Assembly: GCA_010909165.1 (NCBI GenBank)
Contig: VJWM01000220.1
Span: 62,001 to 126,000 of the forward strand
Length of the DNA stretch: 64,000 nucleotides
Direction: 5' to 3'
Source of the DNA: Anthoceros angustus
Taxonomy: Eukaryota > Plantae > Anthocerotophyta
Made by a program: the position numbers and the translations under genes. The notes beneath the pieces were generated by a model. It worked only from the letters and a program-made list of their open reading frames with translations, was not told where the DNA came from and made no database searches. Below, piece after piece: positions 25,001 to 37,837 of the stretch (position 1 is its first letter; each line of letters starts with the position of its first letter).

Positions 25001-27935
25001 TAGCCCACTTACATCTGCAGGGCATGCAGCGATGTCCACAAAAAATCTGGTTTTAGGGTTACCTCCTAAGTTAGGAGCTTTACCTCTATGTCCCGGCTGT
25101 GTCGTAGGCAAGCACGCCAGCCAGCCTTATCCAAGATCCCATACCAAAACATCCCGTGTCCTTGAGTTGGTACATGCTGACCTTTGCGGACCGATGCAGA
25201 CAGCAACTTTGTCAGGCAAATTATACATGTTTGTCCTGCTAGATGATTTCGATCCTTTGGACACACCTTTATTTCCTCAAACACAAACCCGAGGCATTGC
25301 TTCAAGACATTCCAAGCTTATGCGAGAACCACACGATGTAAGATCAAGATTTTTCATCGACAATGCGGAGAACTTACCACACCAATTTTTGAGGGACATC
25401 TCCTCTCACACGGGATCCAACACCAAAGATCGTCCCATATTCACACCAACAATTGGGAAAGGTGAGCGCCGCCATCGCTCCATTATGGACGGTGTCCGCA
25501 GCTCGCACACCGCTAGCCTCCCAAATTATCTGGCGTAGGTCAGGCTGCCTATGTTCAAAATCGTTGTGGCACTTCCACGCTTGAAGACAAGACACCTTAT
25601 GAACTGGAAGGGAAGAAAAACGCCGCCACATCTTAGGATTTTTGGTCACCGCCTACAAATATGTTCCCGAAATGCAAGAAATTGGACCCTCTCCATCCCA
25701 CTTACCTTTGTCGGATATGGCGAAGACGGTGTGAAAGGTTACCGGCTCTACAATCGCCACAACCGCAGCTTTACGGCTGAATGTCATCTTTGATGAAGCT
25801 TCTATTCAACGCTCCTCCTGATCCTTCACCACCCATGACACCACGCTCCTTCCCACCACCTATGGACGGCGTCTTTCACCGCCTCCCATTCCGTGCCACT
25901 TCCCACCCAGAATCCCTAACTTAGCGCTCCTTTACCACCCCTTCCCAGCTCCCCCTCGACCCTTACAACACGGTGGCTTTACAAAGATCCCTCGGCCAGG
26001 GGGAATAGGACCAGATCCTAATGTTGCGAGCATGATGGATTTCAAGGACCGGATCCTAATGTTGAGCCCATGGACTTCCATCTTGACAACACAACACGAC
26101 GCTCTACCAGTCAAACAGAGGATTCCAAGTGTAAAATTTCATGATCTCTCCTTTGACAAATCCAAGGCCTTTCGCACATGCTCTTTAGTCGACATTGTTC
26201 CTAAGAAGCACTAAAGGACCCGAATCCAACTCACGGAAGCAGGCAATGGGATGAATATCAATCCTTGGTTTCTAACAACACATGGACCTTGGTTGATCCA
26301 CGGCGAAAACATCGTGGGCAGCAAATGGGTCTTGAGAAAGAAGCACGTGATGGCTCTCGCGTTCAAGGCCGGACTCATAGCAAGAGGATTCACACAAAGA
26401 GTGGAGTCGACTACTCAATCCGATTTCTTGGCCCGGTAGTTAAACTCACCTCTCGTGTGATGATAGCCCTAGCTGCTCTATATGGTCTCGCTATACATCG
26501 CTAGATGTGGAGACCGCGTTTCTTCATGGATTTTAAAGAAGAAATCTACGTTCAACGACCTCCGGATATGAAGTAAAGGCCAAGAGTCCAAGGTGTGCCT
26601 TCTTGAAAACACTCTATGGTGAGCGGTCTCAGGAGGTGTACGAGCATCTACTTGGTATTTACTCAGCTGGGTTATGTTAAAAGTACTGTGGACTCTAGCG
26701 TCTTCACAAGAAATAGGGGGCAACAGATGCTTATGATGGGTCTCTATGTAGATGACCTCATCATGGTTTCAAATGATGAAAAGTATTTAGCGAAGTGCAA
26801 ATCTGCTCTTCGGAAAGAGTTCAAAATGACTGATAATGGGAGTATGTCATATTGTCTTGGTATTCAGGTCGTTCAGAATTCGTCTAGTCATACTATCACC
26901 TTGCATCAGGATACGTATGTTTCTAACTTACTGACCAAGTATGAAATGTCTAGCTGCAAACCTGTAGACACACCCATGCAAACAGGCCAAGACTAAGTAA
27001 GACTATGTCACCTCAAGTAGATGATGAAGCTGCTGAGATGCAATCAGTTCCGTATGCAGGCGTAGTAGGCAGTGTTCAGCATTTAGCTCAATACACTAGA
27101 CCAGATATAGCGTGTCCTAATGGCCACGTTTCTCAGTTCCTGTCCAATCCTGGAAAGTTACATTGGGTAGCAGCTAAAAGAATCCTTAGATATCTTCAGC
27201 GAACGAGAACCCGTGGAATTCAGTACAAAGGAGGTCCTGATGCTGCAACCAAGCTTATAGGTTGGACTGATGCAGACTATGCAGGCGATCCTCACTCTAG
27301 AAAATCCACAAGTGGTTACGTGTTCATGCTTGCAGGGGGCCTGTGAGCTGGAAGTCGAAGAAACAAACCTCGATTGCACAGAGTTCAGCTGAATCTGAAT
27401 ATATTGCTGCTGCCTCAGCCGCCAAGGAAGGACTATGGATCGTTCAGCTACTTCGAGACCTTGGTTACCCACAAGAAGGCCCTTTGGAATTAATGTGTGA
27501 TAATACAGCTACCATTGCTCTCTCAAAAGATCTGAGGTTTCATGAGCGATCAAAACACATAGAAGTAAGATATCATTTCCTCCGTCTCAAGGTGGACTTA
27601 GGAGCGCTAGTGTTGACGTACGTATCCACTGAAGACCAGCTAGCCGACATTCTCACCAAGCCTTTGGGGAAGATTAAACATGAGAGCTTCTGTTCAAGAT
27701 TGGGACTCGTTGATTTGTGATACACTGCTGTTTTAGATCATCTCGCTTCAAGGGGTGTGTGAAACTGGTTACGTTTTACGTGAAGCTCGTTTCTCCTTTT
27801 GTTTAGGGACGCTATATGAACAGACGTGACTCTTCGTTCTGCTCTTGTGTAATGCCTTTTCAGGCTCATAATGAAACACACTACTCGTTGTTCTTCTCTG
27901 TGTGTCGTGTGTCTGGTCTAGATCGCTTTGGTTCA
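22043..27935 (+). mobile_element. Ty1/Copia LTR retrotransposon B (U1 only)
   Basis: LTRs 22043-22199 and ~27758-27935 (TG..CA), PBS at 22200, PPT at ~27750. TSD CATGT at 22038-22042 and 27936-27940. Empty site at 55069-55073. Confidence 0.95.
22415..27720 (+). pseudogene. Copia B gag-pol with internal duplications of the pre-integrase/integrase region
   Basis: UBN2-like gag, LWHLRLAH, VHADLCGP, LYVDDL, TDADYAGD, SSAESEY, CDN..AIAL..HERSKHI, QLADILTK. Confidence 0.9.
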
Positions 27936-28059
27936 CATGTAACATGGTCAGCCACAATTAGGCCCCTCCCGGTCCACTTGCCCATACACAACAAGCGCCT
28001 TTTGCCTCCAGTTCTCCATCATTGGGCATTACTCCAGTTCTCCGAATTTTGCATACATG

Positions 28060-28260
28060 TCCACCAGGCAGGTGCCCTTCTGAAGGTCTGTGCATGCACT
28101 GGTGCGTTACATCTTTGGAACGAGGACTGCAAGATAAAATACTGGTTGGTAACCGCCTCGTGAACAGGTGTGCCAAATTCGACGAAATGGAAGATGCACG
28201 CGGGGTTTTTGACACTGCTTGGGCATGGAAGGACATGTAGAGCTCTTATTGCAGGTAGAT
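28060..28260 (+). pseudogene. PLS-type PPR remnant convergent with P6
   Basis: ALLKVCA and LVGNRLVNRCAKFDEMEDARGVFD. Inverted homologue of 21750-22030; copy at ~55200-55390. Confidence 0.7.
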
Positions 28261-28714
28261 GTGCTGTAAAAGCAGCTGGCTGGCCAGTCTGCAGGCACGC
28301 GAGAGTGTCAACACTAGCAACTGGCTTTGCACATTCAAGGCAAGCTCCTACAAACAGCTCTTCATTCAAAGCCCAGAGACATGTCTGCAAAGAATTAATC
28401 GTGTGGATAACAAGCAAATGTGGCTACCGGCTTTGTTCGTGGGTACCTTGTTCAACCAGCGCTCCTCTCTAACAAAAACCGGTATGCACCCAGACTAGCT
28501 GGAGAGGAGGAGCATGCCTATACAAGACGAGGTGAAAAATCTCTTGTCCCTCGTTGCTTAGCTCTCCCTTCGCTTAGTCTTGGCCAGCTTACTTCTTAGT
28601 GTTGTCCTTACCTCTTCCCTTGCTGGTTTCGTCTAAGTTTTCTGTGATGATGGCAGAGTTCAGCAGACAAAGCGGGTCCCAGGTTAGAAAATTGGGACAG
28701 CAGCAGTACCACTA

Positions 28715-29270
28715 CTATGCCACATACAAGGCCATTGATCCGGTGATGGGGTCTGTGCAAGTAGGGCAAGTAGGGTCTGGTCCCTGTGCCGCTGCATGCA
28801 CGAGTAATGAAAGCAAGGTAAGACCACGGTGTTCCTGGCCTCCACAAAGCAGATCTTACACATATTTTCTCCTGCTCCGCCTCCAGGTCGGACGCAATTT
28901 GCTAACGCTCATTCCTAAGGTCAAGTGCAGCCGTTCGTTCAGAGGCTATATTCTCTCGCCTCCATGCTTTGCAGCTCGGAAACAACTGTTGCATGCCTTG
29001 CCTCCTCTCTCCTGCATTAGCGCGGCCTCCTCTCCCTTCCTCATTCTCCTTTTCCACTATCTGCGCCATGGCCATGGTGGAGGAGCCGAGCTCATCAAGC
29101 TCCTCCAACTTCATCCCTGTACCTCGCCGCTCGCTTGCCAGGCTTCTGGTTTTCCGCCCTGCATGCAGAGCCTCGTGCAGAGAGACATCCTCCTGCACTC
29201 CGTGGCCCCTCCCTTGGGAATTCGCCCGTTAGTGGCATTGTCAATTTCACTGTCCCTCCTCCACATCCGA
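28715..29270 (-). pseudogene. Paralogue P6 (U1 copy)
   Basis: Near-identical to 251-800. Confidence 0.8.
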
Positions 29271-32171
29271 TTTTCAAGAAGGGAGGGCTTTGCACAAGGA
29301 AGGTAGAAGGTAGGACGGTATCTCTAAACCTGCAGACCTTTGAGAAGGAAGGTAGGAAGGTAGCTCTAAACCTCCTGCAGGCCTGTGAGAAGGAAGGTTT
29401 GTCCCTAATCACATGTGATAAGGGGATGTGTCACATCTTGCCCTTATCACATGTGCGGGTGTCTGCAATCGCATGTGCTTGCCCATGTGATTACAGACAC
29501 CCGCCATATTCATACATATACACTGTTGCGGGAAAGGGAGGAAAAGCATGCTACTGTTGGCAGCATCACAGAAAAATTCGACAAGACCAGCAAGCAAGGG
29601 AAGAGGCAAGCTGGACAAGACCTAAGCAAGGGAGGCTGAGCAAAGAGGGAAAAAGGTGTTTCACCTCGTCCTGTATAGGCCTGCTCCTCCTCTCCAGCTG
29701 GTCTAGGGTACATGCTGGTTTTATGAGAGGAGCGCTGGCTACCTTGCTTCACGGGTACCTACCCATGACGAAAGGTAGCCAGGTTTGCTGACATTGTCCT
29801 GTTATCCACAAAGTTAGGTGATGCTTTGCAGAGGCTGATGACATTGGTCTGTTGTCGACAAGATACAGTCTTTGCATACATGTCTCCCGGCTTTGACAGC
29901 TGTTTTCAGGAGCTTGCAATGTGCAAAGCCAGTAGCCAAGTTGATACTCTTGTGCTTGCAGACTGGCCAGCCAGCTGCTATTGCAACGCATCTAGCTAAT
30001 GTCAGTTGTTGCTTTGTCCAATGGGTGGCCGTCCGAGCCCTTCAGCCTGTTCGTTTACTTGACAAGTCTGAGTTCTCTTCACAGCGGTGAACCGAGGAGA
30101 GAGACTTTTGGATTGGTTTTGAGTCCGGAGGTGCGCAGTCTGCAGGCTTGTGCCATGCCAGCCCTTTGTTGGTTTGCGCGGCGCGGCTGGTGCCCTGCTC
30201 ACCATACCTTTGATAAAATGGTACACTCACATACCTCGGATATGGCACTCGCGTTCGTTTGGCCTTCCTGCGTAAGGGTAGGTTCGGTGGTTAAACCGCT
30301 TGCCCCAGGCATGTTGTGTTGATGGGCAGCTGGTTTCTTTGGATATTCAGATGGGCCATGGTGCGTCGCCTTCCAATTCGAGCTCTCCGGACAAGCCAGA
30401 GCTTGGCGCGTGTGCAGGATCGTGAATGGGCGTCATGGCTCTATGGAGAATGTGGGAGCTTGAGGGATGCTCGCAGGGGGTTTGATGGTGTTGCCAGGAG
30501 AGGTTGTTTCATCGATGACAGTGATGTAGTCGTTACTGTGCGTTTGTCTAGGGCGGTCGATTCATGTCAGGTACCGGTGAGATCTCAATGCTGTCTGTAC
30601 AAGATAATCATGTCACAGTGGGGTTGTCCACGCAGTTACTCGTACGGAGTAGGCCTGCAATATTGGACTGCTGAATGGTGAGGATATTTCTTTCCTGTGC
30701 AGCGTTTTGCCCTGGTGTGTTGTGAACAGAGTTAGTGATGGGTTTACTGCTTCATTTCTTTCGGGAATCATTCGATTTTCGAGGAGGAAGTGTTGCCAGT
30801 TGCTGGCAGCACCACGTTCTAATGTGATTGGTAACTATCTGGTCGACACGTATGTCCCGCGAAATTCACAAATAGAGTCTCTAATGTGGCCTTCAGCCTG
30901 AATTGTTTCCCTGGGCTCTTGCTTACATGTATGCTGATTGTGGCAGCATGGTGGACGCACACCATGTATTTGAAAACTGACCTCAGCGTGAGAAACAATC
31001 CGTATATCGTACGGCTAGTATGTCCCAGAATATGACGGGCTTTCAAAAGCATCGTCATATCGAGCGAAACACCCTGATACATATCTCATCCTATCGTACC
31101 GCACTATTTGCACAAGTCCATTCTTAGAACACTGAGGAAAGTATGCAGGTGGTTCATTCACTCTTGAGCCTGCAAGAGTATGTGGGTCATTTATCAAATA
31201 CATGCTGCTCGCGTCCACCCTGCTGCCACATTCAGCATGCATGTAAGCATCAGGCGTGGCAGAGAGTTCAGGGTTAAGGCCACCTTTGAGAATTTCTTCA
31301 GGGTAAAGACCACAATGGAGAATTTACCAAGACCCTTCTGCATGATACCGATGCCAGCTGATTACTTGCTGGACAAAAGACTTCATGGATAGAAACTGCT
31401 AAGAGCGCCTCCAGTGCGGTGAGACAGGGTGTTCACCTCGTAATGCGCATTTAACCAGCTTCCACATTTAGTATACATGTCAATACCAACAAACAAGCAA
31501 CAAAAAAAGTGTTACCAACAGACACATTTGAATCGAAGTACTGACAAGCAGCTTCGACGTTGACCCTCTTTCCCTTTTCCAGACAGGTTACTTTGATGTC
31601 CTGCCCATCCACGACCTCAGATTACTCCTGATAGACAGGATGTTCGCAGGGCTAAATGTTGGCAGCTTAATGCATAAATGCCATCATCTGGACACGTATC
31701 TTGTCGACGACCGCCTCTTCCATTGAGTGGTGGGCAACAGACCCTAAAGCTTCGATGCTGGAATGGGAGTACAAGAGGTGAAGCATGGTGAGTACAAGCA
31801 ATCACAAAACCTACCTTTCTCGAATCTCAGCAAGAACTGACATCATCAGCAGGCACAAGAGTGGCAACTTTACTGGCTTTGCACATTCTAGTCAAGCTCG
31901 TAGCTAGAATTATTGGAATGTAAGCAAACTCATTGCCTTTGTTCATAGCTCCCTTATCAATCAGCTCCTAGTATAGCTAGAGAGAAGCAGCAAGCCTATA
32001 CAGGACAAGAATTCTTCTCTCCTCGCTGCTTAGCTCTTAACTTGCTTGTGCAGATTTGTCGCTGGCAGAGTTTTCGCAAGTTGCAACACAGCCAGTCCCA
32101 GACTCAGACTGGGAGAATTGGGACAGCACAAGTTGCCCTAACACATAGATTAGGATCCGGTGGCACTACTA

Positions 32172-33336
32172 CTATGACACGAACACTGCCATTGATCCGG
32201 TGATGGGGACTCTGCAAGTAGGGCAAGGAATGGCCCGGTCCAGGGCCCGCTTCATACACGACTTGCACAACAGGAAATGAAAGCAAGGTAAGACGACGCT
32301 GTGCCTGGGCTCCACATAGCAGACCTTGCACATACTCTTCTCCCGCTCTGCCTCCAGATCCTGACGCAGCGTCCTCTCGGACTCAAGTTCACAATCTGAT
32401 TCCGATGCGTATTCCTACGGGTCAGCGCATCCCTTCGCGCAAAGGCTATACCCTTTCGCAGCTCGGCGTTCTCGTCCTCCAGCCTCCGCCGCTCAGCAGC
32501 GACATGTACAGCGGCATCCCTTGCCTCCCTCTTTCTTCCTCACCTTCTCCTTCTCCTCCTCCAAAATCTGTGGCAAGCTCATGCCGGCGGACGCGCGTAC
32601 AGCAAACCCCTCCATCTTCAGCGACATCCCTTTTACCCAGTCACTGCATTGCCTGTCCTCGAGCGCTTCCCCGCCACATGCGACGCCGCCTGCATACAGG
32701 CACCCCCACCCGTGGACCCCGGCCCATCGTCTAGATTCCCCAATTCTGCACAAGACAAGCACATGTTAATGGCAAATTTGTCTCTCCTCCGAAGTCGGAG
32801 TCGGTTTTGCATAAGGATCTCTAAACCTGGAGCCATAGCTCTCTGCTCCCGACTGCGCTCCCGCTCTCTGCGCTCGTTTTGGATCACGTCGATCTTGCTG
32901 ATGGCCTGCTTCTTCCTCCATGCGGCATTCGCGAGCACGGCTACCGAATCGTTTCTGGTTTGCCTGACCAATGCCGACAACTTCAATATCGCGGACGCAC
33001 ACCACAAAAGCCTTCCTGCTCCTGGAGCCTCTCCTCCAGCTCCTTGTCGGACACCCGCCTCAGGTCCGCAGCCAGCATAGCCTCCTCCTTAGCCTGCGTG
33101 TTCTCCTCCGGATCCTCAGCCAACCTAGCCACCTCCTCAGCCTGTCTAGCCTCCTCATCAGCCAGCCAAGCCTGGTACTCAGCGCGCCTACCCTCCTCCT
33201 CAGCCAGCCTAGCCGCCCTCGGAGCCTTCTCAACTACCTTGGGTAGCCTAGCCTGCAGCTTGTTCATAGCTAGCTCGGCCTCTGCGCATGCCTCAGCCGC
33301 CATAGCTGGCCTGGACACTTCCACACGTCCCGCCAT
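32172..33336 (-). CDS. Coiled-coil + C3HC4 RING protein P1 (U2 copy)
   Basis: MAGRVEVS..LAADLRRVSDKELEERLQEQ..AISKIDVIQNERRERE..RING. Frameshifts are largely at different positions from U1. Confidence 0.7.
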
Positions 33337-33656
33337 TCTTCGCTACCAGCTTGCAGACCCAAGTGCGTTCACGCTCCCTTGCATGCAGAGGTGGAAGAGA
33401 ACTTGGTTGGATGAGAATGACTTTGAGACACACATGGGAGCGTATTTATAATAAGAGCAAGCGTTGCTATACCCTAAAGCAAGGGCAGGGTACCGAGGCA
33501 TCGTCCCACGCTGGCGGCTGGCCTTGATGATCGAATATCGAATATAAAATATCCAACCGGAACGGAGTATGCCACACAAACCAGCTCACGGCATGGCTTG
33601 GTTTATACTAGCATGAAAGGTGAGGATACTGGGCTTTGCATCGTGGCTGCCAAGGA

Positions 33657-34568
33657 ATGGCGGGTGAGAAGGAGGGTAACCTGGCTGACGATCTGATGCT
33701 GCTGAGCGACGACGAGCTGGAGGAGGAGTTCGAGGAGCACTAAAAAGTTGTGCGGCACTGTGAGACGAATTCTCAACAGGCTACGCACAAGCTGCAACTG
33801 ATCCGCAACGAACGGACAAAGCGTGACAACAGGCGGAGGAACCTGGCTGCGTCCCTTGAGCTCTTGTCCTACGAGGAGCTGCTGGAAAGCCTGGAGGAGG
33901 AAAAAGAAGTTCTGCTTGACGCGAAGACAGAACTTCTGCTTTGCGTGGAGGAAGAAGTGACAAGCTGTGTCAGAAACGAACCCAAAGCGGGTGCAAACAA
34001 ACACAAAGCGTTGTACACACTGACCAAGAACCAACAGCAGACCAATCTCCGAGTCATCCGCACCGAGCGCAGGGAGCATGAGCTTATTAGAGAGCGTGAA
34101 GGATTGAGCGTCCAGAAGGCTCTGGAACGCGGGCGGGACCCACGGAAGTGGAGGAGGGAAAGAGAGAGCAGCCAAGCGGCGGAGGATGACGGAGGACATG
34201 GAGGCAACGGATCCGGATGCGGGTTTCGCTGCCGAGCTGCAGAGATTGGAGGAGGAGAAGGAGGCCTGGGATGCGGTGAGGGCGACAAGGATTTGGCTGT
34301 CTGTACCAAACTGTGGAGGCTGCTGGAGGAGAACTCTTGGTTGCGGGCAGCTGTCGCCTTCCTTGAGTCGGACAGGAACGAGATGCGTGAGTACCTGGAG
34401 GAAGAGCAGGAGAAGATTATGTGCACGATCTGCTGGGAGCAGGCCAGGGACACCGTCATCGTACCTTGCCGTCATTTCCTGTATTGCAACTCCTGCACGC
34501 AGCAGATGGGTGATTGCCCTGTTTGCAGAGTCCCGATCACCGGAACAATGGTCTCGTCTGTGCGCTAA
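33657..34568 (+). pseudogene. Paralogue P2 (U2 copy)
   Basis: TAA at 33741-33743, then open into an intact RING. Confidence 0.8.
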
Positions 34569-37343
34569 TAGTGCTGCTGCTGCTGTTCCAATTTCCAATT
34601 TGGGCCAGGAAGAAGAGGCAAGCGACAAGAGTGGACACGCGAGGGAGCATGCAACAAACGGGGAGAAATTAAAAGAAAAGAAAATTTCACCTTGTCCTCT
34701 ATAGCTGCCTGTTGCTCCTTCCAGCTAGTCTTGGTACATACTGGTTTTTAGTACAGAGGAAAGCTGGTTGATCAAGGTAGCTATGAACAAAGGTAGACAG
34801 GTTTGCTGACATTGGCCTTCTGTCCAGACGTGTCTGTGGACTTGAATACTTGTTTCTAGCTACGAGCTTGACTAGAATGTGCAAAGCCAGTAAAGTTGCC
34901 ACTCTTGTGCCTGCTGATAATGTCAGTTCTTGCTGAGATTCGGGAAAGGTAGGTTTTGTGATTGCTGGCACTCACCATGCTTCACCTCTTGCCGTACTCA
35001 CTCTGTTGTGAATTCCACCAAGCTTGTGGTGGAATTCACAACAGTTCCACACGGATATAATGGCGAAGTCGGGACCCGTCCATGGCTTCTCAGCGAGAAG
35101 GAAATTGGTACCCATTTCGATAACATGATCTTTCATGACATCAGGGTCCGGCTGCCTGTGAAAGGGAACAACATGCTCACGAAAGTCGGCGCGTGGGGAA
35201 GGAAGTGCAATGATTTTGCAGATATAACCCATAGTGTTTTTCCAAAAGTAAAGGCAGGGTATAACAAATTTTTCTCACCTTCGGCAGCAGCTGGAAGGGT
35301 GAGCGCCCTTCTATGACCAAGCGGGGCTAGTGGGGATCTGTGGACTCGGGCGATCTGCCGGCTCGAGTTGAACTTGTTGTGTCCGTGATGTGTCCGATCC
35401 AAGTCGGGAGTTGGGTGATAGACCTCTCCGAAGGGATGAGGTCTGGCGCTCGTTAGAGTGGGGGGACTGCGTGAGGCGGGCAACCGAGCAGCGACTACCC
35501 TCCCCTCTCGGCAGTGGAGGGATAACATAACATGACGACATCCCGATCAACCTTCCGACCGACAACCCGTGGACCTCTCCCCCACCCACCGTCACTTTTA
35601 TGGCAACCGCGGTACGGTTATCTATCTGGGTGAGATGCAAATGGCCTTTGTTTGCATGTTGGTAGCACCGTGGCATTTTCACGCGTTAGTTTCAGGAAGT
35701 AATCAGCTGCCATCCGTATCATGCAGAAGGGGTTTGAGAAATTCTCCATTGTGGCCTTTACCCTGAAGAAATTCTCAAAGGTGGTGGCCTTAACCCTGAA
35801 CTCTTTGCCAGGCCTGATGCTTACATGCATGCTGAATGTGGGAGCAGGGTGGCCCAGCATTTGATAAATTACACGGCTCACTCCTAAAAATCAGCATGTC
35901 TCGTACAGACAACGGGCAGGGATGCCCGTGTGTTGTTCTTTCCTCGCTTCGCACAGGTCCGTGAAATCGAACAGATCAAACGAGAATAAAACACACATAC
36001 AAAACAACATCGTGATTTAGCAGAAACTGCTAAGAGCGCCTCCAGTGCGGTGAGACAGGGTGTTCGGCTAATGCGCATCAACCCAGCTTCCACATCTAGT
36101 ATACATGTCAATACCAACAAACAAGCAACAACAAAAGTGTTACCAGCAGACACATTTGAATCGGAGCACGCACAAGCAGCTTCGACGTTGACCCTCCTTC
36201 CCTTTTGCACACATGTTACTTTGATGTCCTGCCCGTCCACGACCTCAGATTACTCCTGATGGGCAGGATGTTGGCAGGGCTAAATGTTGCATACATGTGA
36301 GCAAGAGTCCAGGGAAACAATTCAGGCTGAAGGCCACATTAGAGACTTTGTGAATTTCTCGGGACATACGTGTCGACCAGATAGTTACCAATAACATTAA
36401 AACGTGGTGCTGCCAGCAACTGGCAACACTTCCTCCCTCGAAAATCGAATGATTCCCGAAATAAATGAAGCAGTAAACCCATCACTAACTCAGTTCACAA
36501 CAGACCAGGGCAAAACGCTGAACAGGAAAGAAATATCGTTACCATTCAGCAGTTGCAGACCTGCTGCGTACAAGCAACTGCGTAGACAACCCCACTGTGA
36601 CATGATTATCTTGTACAGACAGCATTGAGATCTCACCGGTACCTGAAATGAATCGGCCGCCCTAGTAAATCGCACAGTAACGACTACATCACTGTCATCG
36701 ATGAAACAACCTCTCCTGGCAACTCCATCAAACCCCTGCGAGCATCCCTCAAGCTCCCACATTCTCCATCGAGCCATGACGCCCATTCACGATCCTGCAC
36801 ACGCCAGGCTCTGGCTTGTCCGGAGAGCTCGGATTGGAAGGTGACGCACCATGGCCCATCTGAATATCCAAAGAAACGAGCTGCCCATCAACACAACCTC
36901 CCTTGGGCAGGCTGTTTAACCACCGGACCTGCCCTTACGCTGGAAGGCAAAACGAACGCGAGCGCGTCTCCGAGTCACATGAGCCACTCGAACCGTTAGA
37001 TTCAGCAGAAAGGTGACGACTACTGAATGGCAGGTACTAACACACAAGCACACTTACACACCACACCCTACACCTAGGTGGGCTTGGCATTACATAGTAC
37101 TCAGCCTTGAATTCTATTGGTCTGTTGATTTTTCATGTGCTTGAATCCATCACTTGGCTTTACCATCTCTTGGGCTTTCTAGAAGATACATGAGTTTCTA
37201 GAAGGTATACATATTTGTAATTTTAGCGCACTCTTCATAACCTATTTTTAGGGCACTCTTCATAACCTATTTTGATATGTGGTACCAAATCATTTCTAAC
37301 ACTCCCACTCAACATATCAAAATTATTCCCTTAGGTCTAGTAT

Positions 37344-37837
37344 CCTCGCTCCTTGCGCATCGCTTGATGCTTGGCCTCAGCCTAGTTCTTGGGCGCAAAA
37401 GCCTTCCAGCCATTTGTTGACTCCAATGCCGAGAGAAGTTGTTTCTGCTCCTCGAGCCTCTCCACCAGCAACTCGTTGGACAGCAGCTTCAGATGGGCAG
37501 TGAAATCCCTCTGCCTGCGTTTACGCTCTGAGCGCTCCTTGTAAATTAGTTGAAGCTTGTTCGTGTCCTGCTCCTTCTTCAATATGGTTCCTCCTCTCCT
37601 CTCTTGTGTAGCCAAGACCGCTAAATTGCTCTTGTTCGCCACCTCCTCTCCCAACGCGACAAAATTTTTCCTGCTCCTCGACCTCCCTCCTCATACTCCC
37701 GATGCTCCTTTAGCTCATCGTCACCCAGCCTTTAATCTCCACAATGTACTTATGTTTCCATACCCATAGAGTGTTCTCCTCCAACTCCTCGTCGGCGCTT
37801 CAAGTTCGCAGTGCATTCACCTCCCTTCACCTACTAT
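37344..37837 (-). pseudogene. Paralogue P3 (U2 copy)
   Basis: ORF 37382-37654 shows the helical module. ATA replaces ATG. Confidence 0.75.

Larger units (their letters stand above)
1736..30208. repeat. Tandem segmental unit U1 (~28.5 kb including Copia A and B)
   Basis: Starts tttgataaaatggtacac directly after ...accatacc; the same junction recurs at 30208/30209. Collinear with U2 throughout, apart from TE insertions and local duplications. Confidence 0.92.

Noticed and set aside
33603-34628. 341-aa minus ORF (and 5064-5933)
   Set aside because: Antisense shadows of RING paralogue P2; the frames differ between units.
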